Source of the DNA: Geosiphon pyriformis uo1
Taxonomy: Eukaryota; Fungi; Glomeromycota
NCBI GenBank assembly: GCA_016748015.1
Contig: JAAOMT010000289.1
Span: 1-64,000 of the forward strand
Reading direction: 5' to 3'
DNA: 64,000 nucleotides
Numbering within the stretch: the first letter of the stretch is position 1; every line of letters starts with the position of its first letter. Position numbers and translations under genes: made by a program. The notes under the pieces are model-generated. The model saw only the letters and a list, made by a program, of their open reading frames with translations, was not told where the DNA came from and ran no database searches. Positions 14,702-26,985 of the stretch are shown one piece after another.

Positions 14702-14730
14702 GTGCACCTCCAAAGGGTGAGAGTGCAAGC
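14689..14730 (+). promoter_or_regulatory. Putative -1 ribosomal frameshift signal at the gag-pol junction
   Basis: T TTA AAC in gag phase, 7-nt spacer, hairpin TGCAC-CTC..GAG-A-GTGCA. The -1 frame is open into pol. Confidence 0.7.
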
Positions 14731-16841
14731 CAACCAAAAGAAAATCCCTTTTACACTTTTAACTTAACTGATGATGACCATGACATGAATGAATTAGCAA
14801 TCAACTCCTCTGAATCCACAAGAAAGAAGAAGAAAGCCAAAGTTGATTTCATTCTAGACCCCAATAAAGCTTTTACATCAACTGCTGACAACAATGAGCC
14901 CCCAAAAGCCAAAGTTTTCAAGAACTCTCCAAAGTTGAAACCCCCAGAAATAGTACAAAAATCCGGTCCCTATTCTGTTGTCAAAAACCTTATGGAAACC
15001 CCAGCACATATAACCTTTGGCCAATTGATGACCCATTCACAATTCAGAAAAAATCTTCGCAAATCCCTGATTCCAAAGAAAAAGACACCCAAAACCAACA
15101 AACGCCCTCGTCAAGCTGGACTTGCTGACAATAGCAATGTCACTCCTCTAATTTGTAAAGCCCAAGTGGCTGGCTACTTCATCGATTTGATCCTAGACAG
15201 TGGATCATCTGTTAGTGTTATTGCCAAATACTTTCTTGAAGCAATTGGCAGAAAAATTGATGAACCATCCACACAACCAATAACCAATGTGCATGGTGAT
15301 AAGAAAAAAGGGCTTGGCATAGCCAAAGCTATTCTTGTCGCATTAATAGCATCAGCATTGAAACTGATATGGAAGTGTCTGAAGCAAAAAAATACACCAT
15401 TATTGTTGGCAATGAATGGCTCAAGAAAGCAAAGGCTTTGCTTGATTATGAACTCTGTGAACTAACCATCAGATGTGGTAAGAAACCCATTGTGGTTAAG
15501 TGTCGCCATTGGACAACTCCCCCAGTACCCAAGCAGAGTCTAGAAGAAAATGAATCAGATGAATCAGATGATGAAGAAAGTAAGGAAGAAGAAGAACAAA
15601 AAGAACAAGAAGAAACTGCTGAACTCGCCTATACCATCTTCACTAGCAATGGCAAACCACTGGATAATGTCAAGGCAGATAAAGAAGGAATCATTGTCAA
15701 TGGCAAGCTGATCTGCTGGCCTTATTATGACATGCTCAGAAGAACCTTTGACAGAAAGCCAGGCAAGAAAGCCAAATACAGTTATTGGTGGCATGATCCT
15801 TGTGCCTGGTGCTGGTGTGACAAACCATTGTACTCTCCTAGTGATGAATACATGTTTTGCCTGATCTATTACAAAGATTGGGAACCAATCAGCTTGATAC
15901 CCCGAGAGGAAATAAAAGAAGTCCAAAAGTCCTTTGAAAACAAACCATCTGAAATCCAATTACTGGTTGTAGAACAAAGAGAACCCTCTCCAGAAGAAAG
16001 AAAAGTAGACATTGAAAACCTGCTGGCTAGAAACAGCCCAGTTATCTCAAAAGAAGGTAAACCTCCTGGACGTACACATGTAATACAACACACCATCATC
16101 ACCAGAAAAACTCGCCCCATCCATTTGAAGCCCTATTAATCCAACAGGCACAATAATGAGTTTATCAAAAAGGAAATAACCCGAATGAAAACCCTTGGAT
16201 TCATACAGGAAACCAAGAGTAAATGGGCATTCCCAGTTGTAGTGGTATTCAAGAAAGGAGGAACTCTATGCTTTTGTGTTGACTATCGCCAATTAAATGC
16301 CATTACTGAAAGAGACATGTACCCACTTCCCAAGATTGATGCAATGCTAGACCAATTCCATGGTGCTGCTTTTTTCTCAACTATTGACTTAACTGCTGGA
16401 TTCTGGCAAGTAGAGATGGATCCAGAAAGCAAAAAGAAAACTGTTTTCATCACCAAGTATGGTACCTATGAATTCACAGTCATGCCTTTTGGTCTCACAA
16501 ATGCTCCTCTCACATTTCAACACTTAATGGACAAAGTATTTGAATCAGTAAAAGAAAACTTTGTTCTAGTCTACTTGAACAACATAATAGTATACTCAAA
16601 AACATGGGATGAACACCTTGAACATTTGCAAAAGGTTTTTGACCTCCTTAGAAATGCTGGTCTCAAGATCAATCCAATCAAATCATTCTTTGGATGTCAA
16701 TCCACCCAGTTCCTTGGCCATCTTATTACAAAAGATGGAATCTTTCCTGATCCAGCCAAAATTGAAAAAGTTCAAAACATTAGACAACCAATGAATGTTC
16801 ATGAACTACGCTCTTTTCTTGGTTTGGCCTCTTATTATCGC

Positions 16842-16975
16842 NNNNNNNNNNNNNNNNNNNNNNNNNNNNNNNNNNNNNNNNNNNNNNNNNNNNNNNNNNN
16901 NNNNNNNNNNNNNNNNNNNNNNNNNNNNNNNNNNNNNNNNNNNNNNNNNNNNNNNNNNNNNNNNNNNNNNNNNNN
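16842..16975. other. Assembly gap (134 N)
   Basis: N run. RNase H and the integrase N-terminus are missing here, so the true gap is probably larger. Confidence 0.95.
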
Positions 16976-18107
16976 TATTAGCTTGACACTTTGGAAAAAC
17001 AAAAACAATTCAGAAAACTTTAGTTCACTATTATTGGCCTACCTTGGGAAAAAACATTGCTGAATACATCAAAACCTGTGATACTTGCCAAAGAAGAGGA
17101 AAACCCAATTGCAAGGAAGATATTCATCCAATCTCTGTTGGTCAACCATTTGATAGAATTGGTATAGATGTTGTTGGACCTTTAACAGTAACTTCTGATG
17201 GCAACAGATACATTATTACAGCTACCAACTATCTTACAAAGTGGGTAAAAGCAAGAGCCACCCCAGATCAAACAGCAGTCTCAATTGCCAATTTCATTTA
17301 TGAAGATATTATCTGTCGCCACGGCTGCCCCAAAGAACTTTTATCTGATAGAGGAAGAGCTTTTCTCAGTACACTGGTTGAAGAACTTTGCAGAAAAATG
17401 GGAATACATCATAAACTTTCTTCTTCTTATTACCCTCAAACAAATGGCCTAGTGGAATGTTTCAATAGAACACTATGTGAAACCCTAGCCAAAACCAGTG
17501 AAGAAACCAACCTATGGGACAAAGTATTGCCTTCAGCCTTGTTTGCTTACAGAACTGTGAATCATGACATAACAAGTTATGAACCCTTTTATCTGCTCTA
17601 TGGATGAATGACAACTCTATCAATAGAAATGAATATAGAAACAATACCTTTTGAAGAAATAACAATAGGAGATTACAAAGACATTTTGCAAAGAAGACTT
17701 GGTACTATTCTTGACTCATTAGTAGAAGCACGGATAATTGCCTTTGAAAAGATAAAACAGGTCCAAGAGAAGCTCAAAAAGAAAAAGACCTATAAAACAC
17801 TTTCCTTAAGTGTTGGTGACTTAGTTTTGGAATACCGTTCAGACAGAAACAATGTCTATGGTGATAAATTCTCTAGCTGGTAGAAAGGACCCTTTATAGT
17901 CAACAAAGTTTTGAACAATGGTTCTTATATCTTACAAGATTAATATGGAACAATATTCAGTGATTGCTCTGTTTATGGCACGCGACTTAAGAAATATCAC
18001 AAACGACCTGATTGGTTACCTGTTGTGGTAATACCGACCAAAATGATCAGCAAAAATTAGATATAAATAAATGCACCATTCCCAAAACAGAGATATCTTC
18101 AATCAAC

Positions 18108-18764
18108 ATGAACAATTATTTCCTGGATCAAAACATTCAAAACACTTTCTATACTCTCCATAAGTACTGGATCAAGAACTATCCAAATGCTACTCTGACT
18201 ATCGGAAAACAAACCACTATAACAGACAACAGTGGAACTCACACTGTTATTAGACCAAAGAAAACAACTACCAGAAGAGAAAAAATTGGTGGCAAAATGG
18301 ATAAATACCTGCTGGAAAACATAACAGCAGCAATACTTTCACCTTCTAGCACAATTGGAAAAACAATACAAGAAATCTTGCCCATAGACAAAAACTTGTC
18401 ATATGGAAGACAACTAGAATTCTATGGTTATCTTGGTGAAATCATAGAAGACATGAAGCTCATGAAGAAAACAACTTTAGAGATACAAGTGGAAATTTTG
18501 GGTATTATACGATTGGATATCCCAAGAGTTTTGACCATTGCAAGAAGAGCCAGAACTCTTACACAAAGATTTGGTCTCTTGGATACAAAGCTTATTTCGC
18601 CTCAAGTACTATATATTCTATCCACAAAAGACTTCAACAAACTAGTTAGTTTTGAGTTAGACAAAACCCTTCACATAGACTATCCCATAAATAGTTTGAT
18701 TTCACCGGAGCTCAATCTCTTTGGAAAAGATAATGTTACAATTGAAACACATAGTTTTTATTAA
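18108..18764 (+). CDS. Extra ORF3 of A1 (218 aa, unknown function) between integrase and the 3' LTR
   Basis: Uninterrupted ORF from ATG 18108 across the PPT into the LTR. Decayed copy in A2; positional equivalents in B and C. Confidence 0.7.
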   Translation: MNNYFLDQNIQNTFYTLHKYWIKNYPNATLTIGKQTTITDNSGTHTVIRPKKTTTRREKIGGKMDKYLLENITAAILSPSSTIGKTIQEILPIDKNLSYGRQLEFYGYLGEIIEDMKLMKKTTLEIQVEILGIIRLDIPRVLTIARRARTLTQRFGLLDTKLISPQVLYILSTKDFNKLVSFELDKTLHIDYPINSLISPELNLFGKDNVTIETHSFY

Positions 18765-19459
18765 TTATCACATGTATTAGCCACTGATGTCATATAATTA
18801 GCCACCCTATTTTTAGATAGTGATTGTTGACCTGATCAATGACCTGACCGTTGACCTGATTATTGACTTGATCATTGACTTAATCATTGACCTGATCATT
18901 GACCTGATCATTGACCTGATTGTTGACCTGGTCGTTGACCACTTTAGATAGCTATATAAGTGATGATTCTCTTAGCTGTAGAAAGACATGATCAAAGTAA
19001 TAAAATAAACAATATCAATTACTTCCTCTCATAATTGCTTATTCCCCTTTCTTTATCTTCAAGTATCTACTTGTTGGCATTCACATACCTTATCTTTTCC
19101 TCTTTTTGATTTGTATTTGTTAGAATTAGCCTGAGAAGCAATTGGCTTGCTCTTGTAATTCATTGAATAAAGAAACAATTGAAAAGTACAATGATACCTG
19201 TTATTGATTCTAAGAATTACTGAGTTGAGACATAGAATAATAGCAGCAGTGTTATCTTGTTGACAATCACAGACTATTCTTCTACCTTCAGATTTAAGAA
19301 AAGATTAGCGACTGTAATTTTTATGAGACTGATCATGCACATTGAATTCCTACTTATTCAATTCGCTCCCTTATTGTAATTCCCTCTTTGTTTATTTCCA
19401 TCACCATACAATACTGTTCTCCCTTGCTATCCATTAGCTTGTTACTCCAACCCGTAACA
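18734..19459 (+). repeat. 3' LTR of A1 (726 bp)
   Basis: Direct repeat of 12466-13095 with 8 extra 12-bp units. Confidence 0.95.
18821..18940 (+). repeat. Tandem repeat of 10 x 12 bp, consensus TGATCRTTGACC
   Basis: Ten contiguous units counted; the 5' LTR has two. Confidence 0.92.
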
Positions 19460-19469
19460 GTATATTAAA

Positions 19470-19715
19470 ATGACAACTATATTAAACATAACAACTCTAA
19501 AATACTATCAATTAATTTATATCTACTGTAAATAACAATTTAGAATCTAAAATAGAATTACAGCTTTTAAGAAAACTCTTTTTTAATATATTGAAAACTA
19601 AATTAATAATTATTTTTTCAAAATTACAATAATACAAAAGTCAAGTAAAACTTTCTTGAAAATTTAATTCACTATTCAAATAAAAATCCAAAAAATATTA
19701 GTGCAGATGTTTATA
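19470..19715 (+). pseudogene. N-terminal piece of an old gag-like ORF (element D), continuing at 26987-27025 and 43239-43660
   Basis: Frame MTTILNITTLKYYQLIYIYCK*..ENLIHYSNKNPKNISADVY rejoins ITYFKKLNYN|IIKFC once LINE-1 and A2 are removed with their TSDs. Confidence 0.6.
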
Positions 19716-22700
19716 AAGTACCAAAAAAAAAACTTCTTTCTCTCCTTTGTCCCAAATTCTCAAAAAAAGAATTTAAAAGTTTTTTGAAAAAAGTTTTTTT
19801 ACAATTCAGTATGACAAATCTAAACTTTTTATTCTTGACTATAAGGCCACCATTGGCTGTAGTATTGCTGTCATGAAGAAGGCTGCTGGAGTTTCTAGTT
19901 CTAAGGTTGGTTTTAAATCTGTTTTTCCGAGGAAAAAAAGAAGAGATGGTGCTTTGAAGGATGGTTCTAATGGTAAAAATGTTGGTCCTAAGGTTCAAAA
20001 TAGTCGTTCATGGAGTTTAAAGACTGGTGATATCACTGAGTTTGACAGTATTGATATAGAAGAGGAATGTCTGGTGGAAGAGACCAGTTTTGATTATGGT
20101 AAAAGTGGTGCTCTTACTGGAGAAGATTCTAATCAAACACCTACTGGTTCAAGAGTCAAAACCAAGAAGGCGCTGAACAAGCCATTGGAAAAAATTAATT
20201 TTTTATTAAGCGGCGATGAAGATGATGTTTTTTTGAATACTCTGTTAGAACTCCCCCTACCTCTGGAAAACCTGGTCAATGTTTCTGTTTGCAAATTTTT
20301 TGCTTTGGATATTGGATTAGACAAGGTGGTTAGGAAATCCTTTTAAGAGAAGCTTCAAGTGATTAAAAAGTTGTTTTCAAAAATCAATGGTTTTGGGGGG
20401 GGNNNNNNNNNNNNNNNNNNNNATCTGTTTTTCCGAGGAAAAAAAGAAGAGATGGTGCTTTGAAGGATGGTTCTAATGGTAAAAATGTTGGTCCTAAGGT
20501 TCAAAATAGTCGTTCATGGAGTTTAAAGACTGGTGATATCACTGAGTTTGACAGTATTGATATAGAAGAGGAATGTCTGGTGGAAGAGACCAGTTTTGAT
20601 TATGGTAAAAGTGGTGCTCTTACTGGAGAAGATTCTAATCAAACACCTACTGGTTCAAGAGTCAAAACCAAGAAGGCGCTGAACAAGCCATTGGAAAAAA
20701 TTAATTTTTTATTAAGCGGCGATGAAGATGATGTTTTTTTGAATACTCTGTTAGAACTCCCCCTACCTCTGGAAAACCTGGTCAATGTTTCTGTTTGCAA
20801 ATTTTTTGCTTTGGATATTGGATTAGACAAGGTGGTTAGGAAATCCTTTTAAGAGAAGCTTCAAGTGATTAAAAAGTTGTTTTCAAAAATCAATGGTTTT
20901 GGGGGGGGTTTCTATCCCCTCAAAATTTGCTGGGATCATCAGAGCAACATTTACTTCTGAATTGAGTTTAGTACAGACTTCTAAAAAGGCTGAAGAGTTG
21001 AAGATTTTAGTAAACACTGATCTCAGAAAATTATCTGGGCATTCGAATTGAGCTGTGGTGTTAAAAGAAATTCCAATTGGCACATCAACTGAGGCTGTGC
21101 ATGCTGCACTATCTAAGTTTGGAATAATTAAGTCGATCAAGATGCAATTGGTAAGGCTGTGGCAAAAAGCAGTGGTTGAATTTAAACAGATTGATCATGC
21201 TGATTTGGTTGCAGCTAAATGGTCTATTCTAATCAGAAAGGATGCTGTGTGTGTTGCTAAGTCTGATGTGGACAAAGAATTTTGGGATGCAAAAGATGTT
21301 CACAAAGCTCTTCTATACACTCTGCCAATGAGAACCAATGTACATGATATCTGGGATTACATTACTTTAGTGGGTGAAAAGAATTGTGTTATTGACCATC
21401 ATCTGGTTACTTATACCTAAGCCAGATGTACTGCTGTTTGTTTTGATTCTGCTGAGTCACTGAATGCTGTTATGGAAACCATGTTTGTTCTGAAAAAAGC
21501 CAATCTGTACTGGTCTCATCTTGTTCTGACTAAGTGTACCAAGTATAAGAAATTAGGCCATATATCTTTGTCTTGTTCTGTTGACAGAAATAAGAGTGCT
21601 TCTTTTGGTGTTTTATCATAGAGAACACTTTCAAATTCTGATAAAAGCAGGCTGGCTGCTATTTACACTAAACACTTAGTTTCAGTTGCTCGTTCAGTTT
21701 TTTTTGGTGGTGTTTTGTGAGCACAGATTGCTGGTGGGTCCTCTCTTCCTTCTTCCTCTGTTCGGAATGTTATGTTGAATGCTGGCTTTTTTTCGGAGAT
21801 AAAGCTTACTCTACTAGTATCTTTGGAATTAAATAATAGGTTTGCTGCTCTTGAGTGCAGTCTTGCCAGCCTTGCAAAGCATGTTGATATGCTGGCTAAG
21901 AGGTTGAATACACCTGGACCAACAGTTTCTCAGCTTAGCTCTAGATGTTAGCCATTGGTGACTCCTTCATTACAGAATCAAGAGACAGATATAATAATGA
22001 GTGAGAGTTCAGGTGTGGTTACTGGTGGTAAGACTGTTGTGGGAATGGTTGTTTTTAATCCTTTAGTTATCTCAAAAATGGAGAAAACATTAAACAATCT
22101 TTCAATCACAGTTATGAGCCTTTTGGCTAAAATAGACAATGCTGATTCAGTTGCTGCCTCTTTTTTTTCTTAATAAGTAATAAAATCTGGAAAGTTGTCA
22201 CTTGCAACATTAGGGATATGAACAATCCTGCAAAGCAGAAAGATATAATTCATTGACATAAGGAAATAAACAATTTGGTTTCCATTGTTACTAAGACTAA
22301 ATTAAAAAATAAGATCTGTTCATGGATCATGAACAAGTTTGATAGTGCCCAAGTTTTCACTTCTGGCATAGATTCTGGTTACTTGGGTTTGGATATTATT
22401 ATTATTATGGACAATTCTTTGGCTAGTCATGTATGCAAAGTTTCTGAGGTGTCTGGTTAGATCTTTTCTGTCAAGTTGTTTTTTAAGAATAAGCTTTCTG
22501 TAACAATTTTGGGACTGTATGCTGGTGTCTCTTTGGTGGTTTGGTTCTTTCAGACTGGTGACATCAATTTTTTGATTGCAAAGACTGTAAATAAGTCTTC
22601 TTTCATAATTCTTGGTGATGACTTCAATGAAAATAATTCTTGTAAATGTGCTAGTTTCAGGAAGTGCTTTGATTTAGACCTGGTCAATGCTTTGGCCAAA

Positions 22701-25700
22701 AGCTTGTTTGCTAAGATATTAATGTGGCACAATTCTTGTGGTGTTGCTATGACAATTAATTATGTGTTTATTTCCTCAAATTTGGTCAATACAATGATGA
22801 GTCACAATATGGCTAATGTTAAGAATTATTTTAATACTAATTACATGGCTGTTTCTGTCTCTGTGGGTCTGGGTGGTTTGTTGGATGTTCAGCTATCCTT
22901 ACTGTACAAGCAAGCAAACAGGAATCATTGGAAGTTTAACATCAAAAATGCTAATAAGAAGAAGTAGTGCAAATTTAGAGATATTACAACTGCTAATGCT
23001 GTTAAGTTTTCAGATGCATTTGTGGAGGCTAAGAGGTCTTCAGATCCAAATATAGTGTGGAACATTGTTCATAAGGTCATGGTTTTCTTGGCCAATAGAA
23101 CATTCAGAAAGAAATGGTTTAAAAATTATGACAGTGTTTTTATCAAAGAATCTTTTAAGTTTCATAAGCTGGAGTTGCTAGTGTTCAGACTGGTAAAAGC
23201 TTCTCATTTGGTTTTGAATGAGGATTTTGCTTTATTGCTAAGTATATGGGATAGGCTTAACTTTGATGATGTAACAGTAGTGAAGTCTCTTTTTCTTTTA
23301 GGTGCTACTTTTAATACTATTCATTCTGAATTGGCAAAGGTAAGGAAAGTTTACTATTTTTCCAAGTTGCTGGAATCCAAGCATGCTGAAAAATCTTGCA
23401 TCAAGTAGGTCATTATCTGTAGAATAGAAAGTTTTGAATTGAATAAGGGTCATACTATCAGAAGTGTATTGAAGCGTCCTTTTTATAAGGTGGTGTTGAA
23501 TTATTTAGTTTTAGGTAATAAGCTGGTTTTGGAGCCTGATTTGGTTAAATTTAAAGTAGATGAGATTATGAAAGATTGAACTAAGAAATGTGGAGTGGTA
23601 TCTAATATCTTTAATAATTGGACTCACCAATATTAGCCTTTGGATTATGTTTTTAATGGTGCATTTTTTGATGTAATATGTCTGATTGGTTCTAATGAAT
23701 TGTTTGCTGTAGTCTCAAATCTGTCTAATGATAAGACGGTTGGTCTTTTTGGCATCTCTAATGAATTGTGGAAACACTATAACAGCTCAGTCTTGAATAT
23801 GCTTTCTGTGCTCTTAAATCTGTGTCTAACTCATGAATTTGTATCTGGGCATTGGAGAGAAGCTTGGGTTTCAATGATTCCTAAGCCATATAAATGGGAA
23901 GGTGTTTTTATGAATACCTGCCCTATTGCTTTGATCAAAACAGCTTGCAAAATTCTTTCCAAAATTCTTTCAGATAGAATTTCTTCAGTTTACAGTACTT
24001 ATGATGTTTTATGTAAAGACAATTTCTTTGTTTTAAAAAGTACGATAACACAATCACCTATTTTTGCTATTGGCTCAGTAGTTGAGAATGTCTTGGAGAA
24101 GAATCATAAACTGTGGCTGGTTTTACAAGACATGTATAAAGCCTATGACTCTGTTGGTTAAGAATATCTTAAAAAGAGTTTGGTTAAAATCAAGATATGT
24201 AACAGGTTCATTAGATTTTTTGGCAGTATCCACAATGGTTACACTAACAGAGTGATGACAGACTTTGGTTTGATTGATGGGTATCATGTTTACAATGGCT
24301 TGGACCAAGGAGAAGTTTTTTTATCTCTTCTTTGACACATATTCTATGATTTGCTGCTATGTAAAATCAAACAGCAAGAGGATTTGTGTGATTACAGGTT
24401 GAACTCTTATTTTGTTTTCAAGTCTAGCTGGATGAAATCTCAGGCCAGAATAACATCATTTTTTACTGCTGGTGCTTTTGTCAATGATATGATTTGGGTT
24501 GGTAGTAGCCAGACTGCTACACAACACATCCTCAATGTTACTAGTAAATTCTTTAGGTTTAATAACATTTTCATAAATAATAACAAGACTGTGACCATTT
24601 CCATCAACTGCTGGGTTTTGAACCCCTATCTGACTGTCAGTGGCTTACCTATTTCTATCACCAAAAAGAAGAAATCTCAATGTTATTTGGGTATTTTTTT
24701 GTCTTCTGAGGGTCTGTCAAAACCTAGTCTGGCTAAGGCACATTCAGATGTTCAGTTTTTTGTCAATTTTGTTCTAAGAAAAGCAATCTTAGATAAACAA
24801 TTTGTGTATTTGGTGTCAGTAGTCTTTTTTTCTATTATTAGTTACAGGACTCAGTTTAGTTTTGTTCCTATTGGCATTTGTAATAAATGAGATGCTATAA
24901 TTTACAGGGGCTTGAAGTCTAGATCTGGTTTTTCATGGGATTTTCTCACTGATGCAATTCATTATCCTTTTTTGTACAGTTTAAAAACTTTTGAACAAAT
25001 TCAAGCTGAAAGCAAATTGGCCTCCCTTGTTTCCTTTGCAAATTCATTGGATATTTTGGGTCAGTTATTTTCTTACAGGTCTTATAATTTTCAGATTCTT
25101 AGCTGGTGTTCTTGCCACCTTTTACAATTTTCAGCTTGTATTAGAGTCAACTCCTTAGACAATTTTTTGGCTAGTATGATCCATATTTTTTCTGGATGTA
25201 ATTTGTTCTTGTGCAGCTCTCCAGCCAATACATTTCATTTTTGGAGTGGTATTTCTATGTCTTTTGTTCTTGGTAAGCCTAATTATTTTAAGTATGTCTT
25301 TTCTTTTCGACATTATGAGGTCACTTTTGTGGACCAGCTGCATAACAAGCATGGTGCTGTTTTCAGTTAGACAACTTTCAAGCAGTGGAAGCAATTGGAT
25401 CCTCATGGCTCTGTTCTTGTTTGGTTTGAGCTTTTTGTTCATTTTTTTGGTGGCGAGGCTTCTCCTTTTGCTTGTTCTCCACTTTTGGATGTCTCTTCTG
25501 ATATCCTTTGGTCTTATAATTTTGGTGTCATTGAAGTCAATTTATTACATGTTGATACTGCTTGTCTTTCTGTATATACAGATGAATCTCTGAATGGTCT
25601 GAAAATTTCTGGTATGATGGCTGGTGCTGCTGTTTTTTTTGAAAACATTGATTTGGGTTTGGGTATAGGAGTCTCTGGTTTGGTCTCTTCTATAATGACA

Positions 25701-26985
25701 AAGTTGCAGGCCATTGCTCTGGCTCTTGAGTGCATTCCTTCTTTTCATTCTGTTGACTTGTTTTCAGACAGCCAGGCTGCTCTGGATGCATGCAAATTAG
25801 AGTCTGTGTTGGCTCGTCCAGATTTCAGGAATTGGTGTTGGGTTGAGCATCACCATATTGCTAATGTCATTCATTGCAAAAATTTAGATGTTAATTGGAT
25901 CAAAGTTAAAGGTCACTCTGGTGTCTCTGGCAATAAGTGTATTGATGCTTTTGCTAGGGCTGTGGCTTTCTCTGATTGGTGTCTACTTCACATGGTCAGT
26001 GAACACTTTCTTTAAGCTGATGGCTTGGCTGTTTCTGGTAATTCTCAGCATTTTGTTTGCGATATTTTTTGATCTATTTATCATGCATGTTGGGAGGTTG
26101 GTTCTGGTTCCTATATCTTGTTAGATAGTTTGTGTGCTGATGTTGATTGGTCCAGATTTTTGTTGGTGTGGCATTTTGATTTTCACTTGGCTGCTGGTTT
26201 TACTAGTACATGCACTGCCAACTTTCATTCATATTTTATAAAGACATTGTATCATCATTTTCCTGTTGCAGTACATAAGTGACTTTATAATAAGTATTAT
26301 CTCAATGTAGTGTGTTTGTTTTGTAAAAATGTTGAGGTTTTGGACCATGTTTTTTCCTGCTCTTTTGATACTGCTAGTTGTGCTCAGTTGTTAAAGACTC
26401 ATGTATCTGTTTGGAAGATATGTTTAGGTTTATTTCACTCTTCTTTTTGTGTTTCACAGTTGTTATATACTTGTGTTTCCAATGTTGTTGTTAGTGCAAC
26501 TCTGTGTAAGGACTTTGTTTTCAATGATTGGTACTATGAATCTGTTTCCATTTTTAAGGACTCTAAAGTTGCAGCTCAGAATATTGTATCCTTTGTGCAT
26601 GAATTTTGTCCTGCCTTCTGGAATAACATTTGGCTAGTGCATGCCAAACACCAGGCTTTTATAGAAAAAGGTGGCTTAATTCCACAGGATGGTTCTGTTC
26701 CTGTCTCAGTTTCTGGTCTTCTGATAGTGCTCTCGGCTGGTGTGGTTAGATTACTGGGTGTTGCCAATGCATTTGGTATTAGTTTCGGATTTCATAAGTC
26801 TTGTCTGTTTTTCTCAAGTATTGAAAACATAATCTTTGTTCATATAGGTGTCTAATGTTGTCTTGATTGGCCTGAATGGCTGGTCACATGTAGCAAATGC
26901 ATGATTCATACCTAATTTAGATTATTGATGTAATGTATTATGCTAAACCATATTTGGACTTCACTCATTAAATGAATAAAAAAAA
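19716..26985 (+). mobile_element. Non-LTR retrotransposon LINE-1 (ORF1 ~19873-22173; ORF2 ~22172-26855: APE-RT-RNase H-CCHC), inactivated
   Basis: APE motifs VTCNIR and LGDDFN; RT MIPKP, PIALI, LQDMYKAYDSV, GLDQG, AFVND; RNase H VYTDES, FSDSQ, KVKGHSGVSGN; CLFC..HVFSC; poly(A) 26978-26986; TSD ATGTTTATA (19707-19715 / 26986-26994). Confidence 0.92.
20403..20422. other. Assembly gap (20 N) with a duplicated contig overlap
   Basis: 19917-20402 is repeated identically at 20423-20908. Confidence 0.9.

Larger units (their letters stand above)
14689..18060 (+). pseudogene. pol: pol of A1 (protease, RT, [gap], integrase)
   Basis: Protease ILDSGS; RT CVDYRQLN, MPFGLTNAP, YLNN (from YLDD), SFLGLASYY; integrase CDTC, IGIDVVGP, LSDRG, PQTNGLVE, KGPF. 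Frameshift near 15340 and several stops. No chromodomain seen. Confidence 0.93.
12466..19459 (+). mobile_element. Ty3/gypsy LTR retrotransposon A1 (full-length, inactivated)
   Basis: LTRs 12466-13095 and 18734-19459 (TGTTAC..GTAACA), 4-bp TSD GTAT, PBS, PPT GGAAAAGATAA (18723-18733), gag-PR-RT-[gap]-IN order. Confidence 0.95.

Noticed and set aside
16842-16975. Gypsy element lacking RNase H
   Set aside because: The missing part coincides with an N gap, and A2 retains sequence from this region.
18012-18764. Retroviral env gene
   Set aside because: No signal peptide, TM segment or furin site plus fusion peptide, and too short. The track start at 18012 is a TTG overlapping the end of integrase.
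18821-18940. CRISPR-like array
   Set aside because: Contiguous 12-mers with no spacers, inside a eukaryotic LTR, and no cas genes.
19917-20908. 486-bp tandem duplication in LINE-1 ORF1
   Set aside because: The copies are identical in otherwise hypermutated DNA, flank a 20-N gap and end at a G run: an unmerged contig overlap.
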